Shown here piece by piece: positions 39,607-49,763 of a DNA stretch of 64,000 nucleotides. The notes beneath the pieces were generated by a model. That model worked only from the letters and a program-made list of their open reading frames with translations. It did no database searches and was not told the origin of the DNA. The DNA comes from an uncultured Bacteroidota bacterium (lineage in GTDB: Bacteria > Bacteroidota > Bacteroidia > UBA4408), in NCBI GenBank assembly GCA_903831265.1, contig CAIKXD010000081.1, forward strand, positions 1,737 to 65,736. Reading direction: 5' to 3'. The first letter of the stretch is position 1. Each line of letters starts with the position of its first letter. The translations under genes and the position numbers were made by a program.

Positions 39607-40965
39607 ATGTCAAAATTAAAATACGAAAGTCCTGTCATCAAAAAGATGAATGCAGGATTAATGAACAAATTTGGTACACGCACAGAATATCAACCTTTAA
39701 AGCATATTGATGGTGTAGCTGTAAAAGATATGATAGCAAAATATGGTTCACCGCTTTTTGTGTTGTCGGAGCGCAAAATGCGAAATAATTATCAAGCCGC
39801 TCTGCGTGCATTTAAAACGAGGTATCCAAAGGTGCAATTTGCTTGGAGTTATAAAACACACTACAATAATGCAGTATGCAATGTTTATCATCAAGAAGGC
39901 TCGTGGGCTGAGGTTGTTTCAGGATTTGAGTATCAAAAAGCATTGAAAAATGGCGTGCCCGGCAATAAAATTATTTTTAATGGACCTGATAAAAGTATTG
40001 ATGAGTTAAACGAAGCCATAAAAAATGACAGTTTAATACATATTGATCACTTCGATGAGTTATACACCTTGATTGAGCTTTCCGAAAAGGCAGTAAAAAA
40101 GCCAAGAGTGGCCATCAGAGTTAATATGGACACAGGTATTTATCCTTTGTGGGATCGCTTTGGGTTTAATTATGAAAATGGCACAGCATGGAATGCTATC
40201 ACAAAAATTGTGGCATCGGGTAAGTTAAATTTAGTTGGCTTGCATTGTCACATTGGCACTTACATGCTTGCACCATGGGCCTATGCAACGGCAGCATCAA
40301 AGTTGTGTGACCTTGCGTGGCATGCAAAAAATCAATTAAACAATCCGGTTCAATACATTGATCTTGGAGGTGGTTTTCCAAGTGCTAATACGCTTAAGGG
40401 CGCATATTTACCTGGCTCAGATACGGTGCCTCATATTGAAGAATTTGCCGAGGCTATTGCAAGCACAATTATTGCTTATGGCTTTAAACCAGACGAATTG
40501 CCTTTGCTTATTTTAGAAAGTGGTAGAGCATTAATTGATGATGCAGGATATTTATTAGGAACTATTTTAGCCAATAAAAGATTAAGTGATGGGCGAAGAG
40601 CAACAATCTTGGATTTTGGGGTAAATATGCTCTTTACCTCATTTTGGTATGACCATAAAATAAGTCCAGCCCAAGATTTTACGCATCATTCCGAAGATCA
40701 AGTTTTATACGGGCCACTCTGTATGAACATTGATGTTATCAGAGAAAGCGTAAATTTGCCACTTTTAAATAAAGGAGATCAAGTGGTAGTTCATAAAGTT
40801 GGGGCATATAATATGACACAGTGGATGCAGTTTATTGCCATGCGGCCAAATGTGATTATGATTGATATGAAAGGAGAAACTCATTTAATTAGACAAAAGG
40901 AAACATTGCAATATTTAGAAATGCCCGAAGAAATGCCTTTACATTTGAAAGAATTTAAACTGTAA
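39607..40965 (+). CDS. PLP-dependent decarboxylase, Orn/DAP/Arg decarboxylase (alanine-racemase fold) family
   Basis: PLP-lysine context WSYKTH, phosphate loop DLGGGFPS, ESGRAL and active-site Cys in GPLCMNIDV. Confidence 0.88.
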   Translation: MSKLKYESPVIKKMNAGLMNKFGTRTEYQPLKHIDGVAVKDMIAKYGSPLFVLSERKMRNNYQAALRAFKTRYPKVQFAWSYKTHYNNAVCNVYHQEGSWAEVVSGFEYQKALKNGVPGNKIIFNGPDKSIDELNEAIKNDSLIHIDHFDELYTLIELSEKAVKKPRVAIRVNMDTGIYPLWDRFGFNYENGTAWNAITKIVASGKLNLVGLHCHIGTYMLAPWAYATAASKLCDLAWHAKNQLNNPVQYIDLGGGFPSANTLKGAYLPGSDTVPHIEEFAEAIASTIIAYGFKPDELPLLILESGRALIDDAGYLLGTILANKRLSDGRRATILDFGVNMLFTSFWYDHKISPAQDFTHHSEDQVLYGPLCMNIDVIRESVNLPLLNKGDQVVVHKVGAYNMTQWMQFIAMRPNVIMIDMKGETHLIRQKETLQYLEMPEEMPLHLKEFKL

Positions 40966-40975
40966 CTACCAGAAA

Positions 40976-43150
40976 ATGATAGAAAAAAAAGCGAGATTTA
41001 TTTTTGAAGGTGTAATCAACAGTTACGCTGTCTTGTTTTTTTCTAACCACAAGGTGTTTTCTTATTTGTTAATTGCTGTAAGCTTTTTTAACCCCGCTGC
41101 CGGAATGGCTGGTTTGATTGCTGTTTTAACAGCTGTTTTTACAGCCACCACAATGGGCTTTAATGCGGTTGCTACTAGGTCGGGTTTTTATAGTTTTAAT
41201 GCTTTGCTTACAGGTATTGGTTTTGGTTCTTTTTTTGAAAGCTCAGCAGTGTTTTTCTTCCTATTAATACTAGCAGCTTTGTTTACCTTGGTGCTATCCG
41301 TAACACTTAGTGGGGTTTTAGGTAAATATGGATTGCCATTTTTATCTATTCCATTTATTATTACATTTTGGATAATTTTACTGTCAACCAAAGAGTTCAG
41401 TAATTTGGGATTAACTCAAAGAAATATCTATTGGATTAATGAAATGTATGCCGTGGGAGGCAAACCACTTTTAAATTTATTCAACGCCATTGAAAATATT
41501 CCATTACCAAAATGGCTTTCTGTTTATTTTAAAGCACTTAGCGCCATATTCTTTCAAGACAATATATTAAGCGGTTTTTTACTTTCGATTGGCATAATAG
41601 TTTATTCTAGAATTGCTTTTACTTTGAGTTTAGTGGGTTTTTTTGGAGCGTATTTGTTTAACGAATTTACCGGTGCAAACCAGGCAGGAATAAACGCTTA
41701 TCATTTAGGAAGTAATTATATGATGATAGCAATGGCTATTGGTGGTTTCTTTACAATTTCCAGTGTTTACAGTTATTTATGGGCATTTTTGAGTGTTCCA
41801 ATTACTAATATTTTGGTGATTTCACTTTCAAAAGTTTTTGGAGTATTTCTTTTGCCAATTTTCTCGTTACCTTTTTGTATAATGATTTTGCTTTATTTAT
41901 ACTTTTTAAAATTGCGTGTTTTTGCCCAAAAATTGGTTTTAACGCCAATTCAACATTATTCTCCAGAAATTAATTTATATCAATTTAAAAATGGAAGTGA
42001 ACGATTAAAAAATGAATATTATTTTAAATTTAACTTACCTATAATTGGCGAATGGTTAGTTACCCAAGGTTATGATGGTAAAATTACGCATAAAGAAGAT
42101 TGGAGTAAGGCGTTGGATTTTATGATTTTAGATCACCAACTTAAATCATTCTCTGGCAAAGGTAACGCCCTTGAAAATTTTTATAGTTATAATAAACCTG
42201 TATTAGCGCCAGGTGATGGCTATGTGCAGGAAATAGTCGACTACATTGATGACAATCCAATAGGAGAAATTAATCGAGAACAAAACTGGGGGAATTCAAT
42301 TGTATTATTTCATGCAACAGGTTTATTTTCTAAGTTATCGCACCTAAAGAAAAACTCCTTTATTGTAAAGCAAGGCGAATATGTAAAAAAAGGACAGGTG
42401 TTAGCTTATTGTGGCAACTCTGGTAGGTCACCTGAGCCACATTTGCATTTTCAAATTCAATCAACACCCTACATTGGTAGTAAAACATTAGCTTATCCAA
42501 TTAGTTATTTTTATCAAGGTGATGGAAAAGAAATTAAATATAAAACATTTTCTACTCCGCAGGAAGGCAGTTTTGTTGCCAATATCAATATCAATAAATT
42601 GTTACAGCAAGCATTTGCTTTTCAACCCGGATATAGCATTAAATTTAAAGAAGGAAACATAATTGAAACTTGGACTGTATATACAGATGCCTACAATCTA
42701 ACCTATATTAGTTGTAAAGAAAACAATGCAGTGGCGTATTTTATAAACAACGAAACGGTATTTTATTTTACAAACTTTTATGGAAGTAAAAACTCCATGC
42801 TTTATCAGTTCTACTTGTCTGTTTTTAAAGTTGTATTTAGTTATATGCCACAAGTTACCATTGATGATGTGCTGCCTTTAAGCATAGTGAAAGCGCCTAT
42901 TGTCAAAATAATACAAGATTTTGTGGCTCCCTTTGTACAACTAATAAAACCAAAGTATATGTTAAACTACACAAGTATTGATGATGAGTATTTTACCTCT
43001 GAAATCAAACTTGAATCGGTGATAGAGATTGATGTGATGAGGCACAAACGTATTTATAGAACAAGCCAGATTACCTTAAGTAATGGAAGATTAAATCAAT
43101 TAGTGATTAATGAAGCCGGAAAAGAAAGAGTATTTACATGTATAGATTAG
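40976..43150 (+). CDS. urea-transporter-like membrane domain fused to M23 metallopeptidase domain
   Basis: The N-terminal ~330 aa are polytopic and start GVINSYAVLFFSN (the UT-family SYSQVFF-type motif). The C-terminal part has the M23 signature H..DWSKALDF...GNSGRSPEPHLHFQI. Confidence 0.8.
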   Translation: MIEKKARFIFEGVINSYAVLFFSNHKVFSYLLIAVSFFNPAAGMAGLIAVLTAVFTATTMGFNAVATRSGFYSFNALLTGIGFGSFFESSAVFFFLLILAALFTLVLSVTLSGVLGKYGLPFLSIPFIITFWIILLSTKEFSNLGLTQRNIYWINEMYAVGGKPLLNLFNAIENIPLPKWLSVYFKALSAIFFQDNILSGFLLSIGIIVYSRIAFTLSLVGFFGAYLFNEFTGANQAGINAYHLGSNYMMIAMAIGGFFTISSVYSYLWAFLSVPITNILVISLSKVFGVFLLPIFSLPFCIMILLYLYFLKLRVFAQKLVLTPIQHYSPEINLYQFKNGSERLKNEYYFKFNLPIIGEWLVTQGYDGKITHKEDWSKALDFMILDHQLKSFSGKGNALENFYSYNKPVLAPGDGYVQEIVDYIDDNPIGEINREQNWGNSIVLFHATGLFSKLSHLKKNSFIVKQGEYVKKGQVLAYCGNSGRSPEPHLHFQIQSTPYIGSKTLAYPISYFYQGDGKEIKYKTFSTPQEGSFVANININKLLQQAFAFQPGYSIKFKEGNIIETWTVYTDAYNLTYISCKENNAVAYFINNETVFYFTNFYGSKNSMLYQFYLSVFKVVFSYMPQVTIDDVLPLSIVKAPIVKIIQDFVAPFVQLIKPKYMLNYTSIDDEYFTSEIKLESVIEIDVMRHKRIYRTSQITLSNGRLNQLVINEAGKERVFTCID

Positions 43151-44337
43151 CATTAATAATATTGCTTTGTAGTGTAGGCCTTTTAAAAGGTCAGCAAATA
43201 ACTTATGGCTATATTGATAGCTTAAGCTACGCGCAATATATAGCAGGTGATTGGGACAACTTAATACAAACTGCAAACGTTGCTAAAAAGGCTGATATAA
43301 CTTTTCCTTTATTGAATATGAGAATTGGATATGCAGCCTTTATGAAAGGTAATAATAGTTTATCACTAAAACATTATACAAATGCATTGGAGTTTGATAG
43401 TTTTAATCAGGATGCACTTTATTATGCAGTACTAAACAATACCTTGCTTTCAAGAAGAGACGCTGCTGCCTATATTTCTTTAAATTTAAATGATGATCGA
43501 AAAAAGCCTTTAAATGTTGGATATAAAAAATGGGTTGAATTAATTGATGTGGAATCAAGCCTTAAACCCACTAATACTGAAACACGCAAGGTGGGCCAAT
43601 ACTATAGGTTTGGCATTGGTAATAGAATTAATTATCGTTGGAGACTTTATCATAGTTTAATATCCTATCGTCAACATTTATTGACCCCAAATAATGATAT
43701 AAATTCTGGCCCTCCTAATAGAAATAAGCCAACAACATTTAGAAGTTATTTAGCAAATGATTATCAGTATTATTTAAAATCTGAAGTGTTTTTAAATTCG
43801 AAGTTATCATTAATCAATGCTTTTCATTATACCTCTACTTATTTTGATAATGCAACTTATACTACATGTATAGTTAATATAGGTCTTAAGTTAACGCAGC
43901 CTTATCTTGATTATAAACTAGAGCTAAATGTTGGTCAAATACTCGGCTCATTGGAAACTCAAGTAGCAGTTTCCTCTACCTATTATCCATTTGGAAATTT
44001 AAATTTTTATGGAAACAGTAGGTTGAGCTTTCAAACCGGAACCAATATATCGCAAATAAATTACGCTCAAATGTTTGGATTTAAATTAAGCAGTAAAGTG
44101 TGGCTAGAAACACATGCCACATTGGGCCAAATTAAAAACTTAATGGATAACGAAGCGCTTTATATTTATGATGCACTTGATGTTGGAAAATTTAGAATAG
44201 GGGCCTCATTACTTATTCCTTTCAACTCAAAATTTACTTTACTAACCAGTTATTATTACGAGCAAAAACAATTATATTTACAAAACACCAAATACAACTT
44301 AAATTCATTTACAATAGGAATATCATGGAAACTTTAA
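43138..44337 (+). CDS. hypothetical secreted protein, TPR-like N-terminus and beta-barrel-like C-terminus
   Basis: Signal peptide. Aromatic-rich alternating strands run to the C-terminus (FTIGISWKL). It overlaps both neighbouring genes by 13 nt. Confidence 0.55.
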   Translation: MYRLALIILLCSVGLLKGQQITYGYIDSLSYAQYIAGDWDNLIQTANVAKKADITFPLLNMRIGYAAFMKGNNSLSLKHYTNALEFDSFNQDALYYAVLNNTLLSRRDAAAYISLNLNDDRKKPLNVGYKKWVELIDVESSLKPTNTETRKVGQYYRFGIGNRINYRWRLYHSLISYRQHLLTPNNDINSGPPNRNKPTTFRSYLANDYQYYLKSEVFLNSKLSLINAFHYTSTYFDNATYTTCIVNIGLKLTQPYLDYKLELNVGQILGSLETQVAVSSTYYPFGNLNFYGNSRLSFQTGTNISQINYAQMFGFKLSSKVWLETHATLGQIKNLMDNEALYIYDALDVGKFRIGASLLIPFNSKFTLLTSYYYEQKQLYLQNTKYNLNSFTIGISWKL

Positions 44338-44945
44338 AAAAAATAATTTTTACCATTGCCATTATAACTGTGCAAAATTATGTTCATGCGCAAACAGAAA
44401 TTGCTCAGCAAAAAGCTTTCTCGGCAAGTTATGTAGCCGAATCAAAGTATAATTATACAGAGGCAATTAACCAAATTAATAACGTATATCTAGAGCAAAA
44501 TTATGAAATGAATTTACGTTTAGGATGGCTAAACTATCTTGCAAAGAACTACACAAATTCAGTTAAGTTTTATGAAAAAGCTACCATGCTCAAGCCATAT
44601 GCCATTGAAGCTAAATTTGGGCTTATAAAACCACAAGCAGTGCTCGAAAGTTGGGATAAAGTAATAAAACAGTATGAATCTATTTTAAGTATTGATCCTC
44701 AAAATACTACTGCAAATTATTATTTAGGTTACGCATTATACAACAGAAAACAATATGAAGCAGCCTCTAAACATTTTGAAAAGGTGGTTAATTTATACCC
44801 ATTTGATTACCAAAATTCAATTATGTTGGCGTGGAGCTATTTGCGACTTGGAAAAAATAATGAAGCAAAGATACTTTTCAATAAAGTATTGATGATGAGT
44901 CCCAACGATGCCTCAGCTTTGGAGGGTTTAGCTTTAATTAAGTAA
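44325..44945 (+). CDS. TPR-repeat protein (secreted)
   Basis: Signal peptide ending VHAQT. TPR units include NYYLGYALYNRKQYEAASKHFEKVV and MLAWSYLRLGKNNEAKILFNKVL. Confidence 0.7.
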   Translation: METLKKIIFTIAIITVQNYVHAQTEIAQQKAFSASYVAESKYNYTEAINQINNVYLEQNYEMNLRLGWLNYLAKNYTNSVKFYEKATMLKPYAIEAKFGLIKPQAVLESWDKVIKQYESILSIDPQNTTANYYLGYALYNRKQYEAASKHFEKVVNLYPFDYQNSIMLAWSYLRLGKNNEAKILFNKVLMMSPNDASALEGLALIK

Positions 44946-44982
44946 CAAAAAAAGCTGTGTTGAAATTTCAACACAGCTTTTT
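44945..44982. terminator. bidirectional rho-independent terminator
   Basis: A-run, then stem AAGCTGTGTTGAAA / TTTCAACACAGCTT (44951-44978), then T-run. It lies between convergent genes. Confidence 0.85.
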
Positions 44983-45001
44983 TATGATAATACCTTGTTT
45001 G

Positions 45002-45442
45002 TTACTGTTTAAATCCTACTAATACAGCAGCGCATCCTGTTTTGCTTAAATCGTTTGATGTTTTAGGAGCAGGCGGAATAATTACCACTACTTTCATTTG
45101 TTGCGTACTTGCAACTTCAAATTCCCAAAACTTGGCAAAGTTGTGATCCTTATTGTCAAAAACTAATTTATTTTTATTGTCAAAAACTTGAAATTGAGCC
45201 TTCCCAATGGCATCCTGACAACAGATGAGTAATCGATAGCTCATTCCTGAATAAAATGTCAAATCTAATTCGGCTTCTTCTCCGGGTGCCATCTGTTGTA
45301 TGTTCAATTGCCCATTGTGTGTGAATGGATTCAATTCGGGCATACATGTTTTTTTTGCAAATTGATTGCATTGCGCTTTTGAAATTCCTGCAGTTCCTGC
45401 AATTAGGAATAAGGAGAATAGTATTTTTATGGTTGTTTTCAT
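45002..45442 (-). CDS. hypothetical secreted protein
   Basis: 146 aa with a signal peptide ending SKAQ. Confidence 0.55.
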   Translation of the reverse strand: MKTTIKILFSLFLIAGTAGISKAQCNQFAKKTCMPELNPFTHNGQLNIQQMAPGEEAELDLTFYSGMSYRLLICCQDAIGKAQFQVFDNKNKLVFDNKDHNFAKFWEFEVASTQQMKVVVIIPPAPKTSNDLSKTGCAAVLVGFKQ

Positions 45443-45462
45443 ATCTTTTCTTTTATTAATTA

Positions 45463-46353
45463 CTAACTAACAATCATGGTTCTAATGGCAGTAATTTTTT
45501 TGGTTATTTCTGCTAATTGCTCTGGAGTTAAAGTTAATTCACCACCTGAACCAATTACTGTTTTTTGAGCAGCATTATCTGTTTTGACCTCCGAAGCAGG
45601 AACTTCGGTTATTGTTACTTTGTCATAAATTGTTTTCAATGATTTAATCTCAGCCATAATCTCAGGCGCATTTTCATTGGCCTCATTACTTTCTAATAGG
45701 CCAATCAGATTTTCTAAAACTAGTTTTTGTTCAGCAATTCTCTTTACTATCATTTGATTGTTAGCATTTTGAGCTGCGATATTGACAGAAATATACAAGC
45801 CTTCTAACCAACCACCTGCAACTACTAGAGCAGAAACACCGGCACGGTCGTTATTTTTAAGGTAAATATCTGTCTCTAGATAAGTATCAGAAATAATTTT
45901 TAACAATGAGTCTTTATTGTTTAAGTTTTCCTCCATGCGTTTAACCGTTCTTTCGTTTATAGCTCCTGTAATTCCTAATCCATCGGCTAGTTTTTTACAA
46001 ACACCCATGTAAACCATTGCATCTTGTGTTTGATCAAAAGTACTGGTATAACTAAGATCTGCTCCATAAATGCCGAGGTTCATTGCTTTTTGAATGATTG
46101 AAGTATACTTGGCTTCATTAGTAGCCGGATTCAACATGTTTTTGTTGTAATTGGCACCAGTTGCTTTTATCATGGCCGATAGCTCACTCGGTGAAGGAAC
46201 GGCATAAAACACCTTTGAAACTTTGTTTTTACTATCTAAAGCAGCTGAATCTACATCTTCAGTATCCGACTTAGAGCCATTATTACAAGCAAATAATGAT
46301 GAGATAATTGCCAAAGCAATTACAAAATTTAATTTAGCATTTAACCACTTCAT
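45463..46353 (-). CDS. hypothetical lipoprotein
   Basis: Lipobox LFAC. The mature part is predicted to be helical. Confidence 0.6.
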   Translation of the reverse strand: MKWLNAKLNFVIALAIISSLFACNNGSKSDTEDVDSAALDSKNKVSKVFYAVPSPSELSAMIKATGANYNKNMLNPATNEAKYTSIIQKAMNLGIYGADLSYTSTFDQTQDAMVYMGVCKKLADGLGITGAINERTVKRMEENLNNKDSLLKIISDTYLETDIYLKNNDRAGVSALVVAGGWLEGLYISVNIAAQNANNQMIVKRIAEQKLVLENLIGLLESNEANENAPEIMAEIKSLKTIYDKVTITEVPASEVKTDNAAQKTVIGSGGELTLTPEQLAEITKKITAIRTMIVS

Positions 46354-46499
46354 AATGAATTATTTTAAAGTTTATTTACAAAAAAATTACATACAAACCT
46401 ACAACTTTTAAAGATAAAAACAAATCATTTGTTATTTTACTCCTACAAAAACATTGAAAAATAGTGCTTTTGTTGTTAATTTGTTGCATAAAATAATAC

Positions 46500-48056
46500 A
46501 TGCAAATAATTATTGCTCTTCTTTTTGCAACTGCTCTAGCTTGGCTCACGTTTAGCTGGAAATTCATCATTAACAAAGAAAATCGCTCAGGTACCTTTTG
46601 CGGTATTTTTGTATTGAAACTGCTTTTTGGTGTAGGTTTTTATTTGGTTTATACTGTTTACTATAGCGATAGTCAAACTAGTGATATGCACAAATATTAT
46701 AATGATGCCGTAAAGATATTTGAACTTACTAAGGAAAAACCACGCTCTTATTTTAGCATTTTAACAGGTGTTCAAATGAATAGTAATGATGAAATGATTA
46801 CCCAACAACTTAGTTTTTGGTATCAAGAAGAAAGTGCCTCGGTCATTAATGATTCTAGAATGATTATCCGTTTTAATTTAATGATGCTCCCATTTAGCCG
46901 AGGCAATATTTATCTGCATTTAGTAATGATGGTTTTTCTTTCATTTATAGGACTCTATTTTATTTATTTGAGTTTCGAGAAATCATTTAAAGATAAAGAA
47001 ATTTTGCTCTTGATTGCATGTTTTGGTATACCTTCTGTTATGTTCTGGTCGTCAGGTATTATGAAAGAAGGTTTACTCGTTTTTTTCTTTGGGATATTGA
47101 TTCATTGTTTATTTGGGAGGAATGAAAAAAAATATAAAACGGTCCTGCTTTTTTTACTTTCAATTGGTGGGATGTTTTTGTCAAAATTTTATGTGGCATT
47201 GGCACTTTTTCCATCCCTCATTTTTCTTTTGATAGGATTAATTTATAAAAAAAAATCTCCACTATGGCATCTCATTACCACCGGCATTATAGTAATTATT
47301 AGTACATTTAGTTTTAACACGGCTTTTAATAATTTGCCACTTCAAAAATTATCCAAAAAGCAAAACGACTTTATCAATTTATCCATAGGGGGTGTTTATT
47401 TAGTCAACACAAACTATCCTAATGATACTATTTTTACACTCCACCAGCGTTCGTTAACTTATACTGCTAATTTAATTGAAAGAAAAACAGCAACATTAAA
47501 AACTGGAACTATTTATCATCATTGGGATAATCCGGGCTATGCCGATACACTGCTAGCCATCAATAACCAAAATATTTATCAGGTAATTAAGGTGCTGGAT
47601 TCTACAGGAAGTGCTATATCTCTTAAAAGATTAATGCCTAACTATAGCAGCGTAATTCGTTTGTTTCCTGTGGCTTTTATCAATGTTTTTTTTAGGCCTT
47701 TTATCTGGGATGTTGAAAATGCGTTATCTCTTTTTGCATGTATCGAAAATATTGTATTAATCTTCTTATTTTGTATGATGATTTATTTTTATCAAAAACC
47801 TTCCAATGCTAATCAAAAAATAATTATTTTTTCTTTACTTTTTGTTTTTACTCTTTACTCGTTGGTGGGCTTAACAACCCCTGTTTTGGGCGCTGCGGTA
47901 AGATATAAGGCACCAGCCTTGCCGTTTTTGCTTATAAGTATATTTTTACTTTGCGACTTCACTAAATTCAAACTTCGCTTGAAACGAGTTAGTAAGCATT
48001 TCAATAAACAACAAAATAGCAATAAATTGAGTGCAAATACAAGTGCAAAACACTAA
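46500..48056 (+). CDS. hypothetical polytopic membrane protein
   Basis: 518 aa with at least 10 hydrophobic helices. The layout resembles glycosyltransferase-C / polymerase-like proteins, but I recognised no motif. Confidence 0.6.
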   Translation: MQIIIALLFATALAWLTFSWKFIINKENRSGTFCGIFVLKLLFGVGFYLVYTVYYSDSQTSDMHKYYNDAVKIFELTKEKPRSYFSILTGVQMNSNDEMITQQLSFWYQEESASVINDSRMIIRFNLMMLPFSRGNIYLHLVMMVFLSFIGLYFIYLSFEKSFKDKEILLLIACFGIPSVMFWSSGIMKEGLLVFFFGILIHCLFGRNEKKYKTVLLFLLSIGGMFLSKFYVALALFPSLIFLLIGLIYKKKSPLWHLITTGIIVIISTFSFNTAFNNLPLQKLSKKQNDFINLSIGGVYLVNTNYPNDTIFTLHQRSLTYTANLIERKTATLKTGTIYHHWDNPGYADTLLAINNQNIYQVIKVLDSTGSAISLKRLMPNYSSVIRLFPVAFINVFFRPFIWDVENALSLFACIENIVLIFLFCMMIYFYQKPSNANQKIIIFSLLFVFTLYSLVGLTTPVLGAAVRYKAPALPFLLISIFLLCDFTKFKLRLKRVSKHFNKQQNSNKLSANTSAKH

Positions 48057-48079
48057 ATTTGTAAAATTAAAAAGTAGAA

Positions 48080-49009
48080 GTGAAAATACATTACGATATA
48101 GAATCAATTCCCGCTTTGAATACTACAGCCGTTACTACTGGTACGTTTGATGGTGTTCACTTAGGACATAAAATAATTATAGAAAGACTAATTGCGGCTG
48201 CCAGAACAATAGGAGGAGAGTCGGTTTTGCTTACCTTTTATCCTCATCCTAGAATGGTGTTGTTTCCAGATGATGATCAAATTAAAATGCTGAATACACC
48301 CCTAGAAAAAGAAAATTTGTTGCAGGCTTCGGGTATTGACCACCTCGTTGTAATTCCATTCACAAAAGAGTTTTCCCGTCTTTCCTCATTAGAGTTTGTT
48401 CGAAATATTTTATCCAATACCTTAAAAGCTAAAAAATTGGTAATAGGTTACGATCATCATTTTGGTAGAAACCGCGAAGGAAGTTTTGCTCATTTGCTTG
48501 AATTTGGCTCTTTGTATGGTTTTCAAGTGGAAGAAATACCTGCTCAAGATATTGACCATGTGGCAATAAGCTCCTCAAAAATAAGGCAAGCATTAGCTTC
48601 GGGTGATTTAAATACTGCAAATAGTTATTTAGGTTATGAATACAGTATCACCGGAAAAGTAATAAAAGGTAAACAGCTTGGCAGAACAATCGGTTACCCA
48701 ACCGCAAACATCGAAATTAACGACAACTATAAATTAATTCCCGCAATTGGGGTTTATGCCGTAAAAATTAAATACGCTTTAAACATATATAATGGTATGC
48801 TTAGCATAGGTAAAAATCCAACAGTTACCGAAAATGGGCCACTAACAATTGAGGTCAATATTTTTGATTTTGATCTTGAAATTTATAATAAACAAATTAC
48901 TGTTTATTTTTATAAAAAATTGCGTAATGAGGAAAAGTATGATTCAATTAATCAACTCAAATCACAACTAGCTATTGACAAAGAAAATGCTCTTAAATAC
49001 CTCATATAA
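48080..49009 (+). CDS. ribF: bifunctional riboflavin kinase / FAD synthetase
   Basis: GTFDGVHLGH nucleotidyltransferase motif and GYPTANI kinase motif. GTG start. Confidence 0.92.
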   Translation: MKIHYDIESIPALNTTAVTTGTFDGVHLGHKIIIERLIAAARTIGGESVLLTFYPHPRMVLFPDDDQIKMLNTPLEKENLLQASGIDHLVVIPFTKEFSRLSSLEFVRNILSNTLKAKKLVIGYDHHFGRNREGSFAHLLEFGSLYGFQVEEIPAQDIDHVAISSSKIRQALASGDLNTANSYLGYEYSITGKVIKGKQLGRTIGYPTANIEINDNYKLIPAIGVYAVKIKYALNIYNGMLSIGKNPTVTENGPLTIEVNIFDFDLEIYNKQITVYFYKKLRNEEKYDSINQLKSQLAIDKENALKYLI

Positions 49010-49627
49010 ATGAAAAATTGCATCAAAATTAGCATATGCATCTCTTTGATTTTAATATTGATAAATTCTTTGTTTTTAGGCGCCCAAAATTTTCAGAAAG
49101 GTCTTTCTGAAACGAATTTAAAAATGTACACATCAATCGAGGATGCCCTATTAAATCCAGATAGTGTAAGGTATTTAAGTCTTAAGCATAAAAAACTAAA
49201 GGTGTTACCAAAAGAAGTTTTCCTATTTAAAAATCTTGAAATTTTAGATGTCAGCAAAAACAAACTGGATGAACTTCCAGAAGAATTGGAAAAGCTCGTT
49301 GAGCTCCGTGAATTAAGTGTTTCAAACAATAATCTAACAACATTTCCTATCCAAATTGGTAAATTAGTTAAACTTAAAAAAATCATAGCTTGTCAAAACA
49401 ATATAGTTTTATTGCCTAACACTATTAGTAATTTAATTAATCTTCAATTTTTGGATTTATGGAGCAATGAAATTGAAGTTTTTCCAAATGAAATAAAAGA
49501 TTTAACACAACTTAAATTTGTTGACTTAAGAGGTATTATGTTAACTGATGAACAAAAGGCAGCCATAAAAATACTGCTTCCCCATGCCGATGTTGTTTTT
49601 TCTATGGGCTGCAATTGCTTAAAATAA
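49010..49627 (+). CDS. leucine-rich repeat protein
   Basis: Signal peptide followed by six to seven LxxLxLxxNxL units (LEILDVSKNKLDELP, LRELSVSNNNLTTFP and others). Confidence 0.8.
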   Translation: MKNCIKISICISLILILINSLFLGAQNFQKGLSETNLKMYTSIEDALLNPDSVRYLSLKHKKLKVLPKEVFLFKNLEILDVSKNKLDELPEELEKLVELRELSVSNNNLTTFPIQIGKLVKLKKIIACQNNIVLLPNTISNLINLQFLDLWSNEIEVFPNEIKDLTQLKFVDLRGIMLTDEQKAAIKILLPHADVVFSMGCNCLK

Positions 49628-49763
49628 GATTTTTTTTGCTTTCTGAGTTCGGGTAATATTCATTAAAATAATTATGAGCTTTAAGTTGATGGAAAAAACC
49701 TTAAAAAAGATCTATTTCTATACTTAAATTTACGATATTCGCAGCAAAACTTATAAATAAAAT

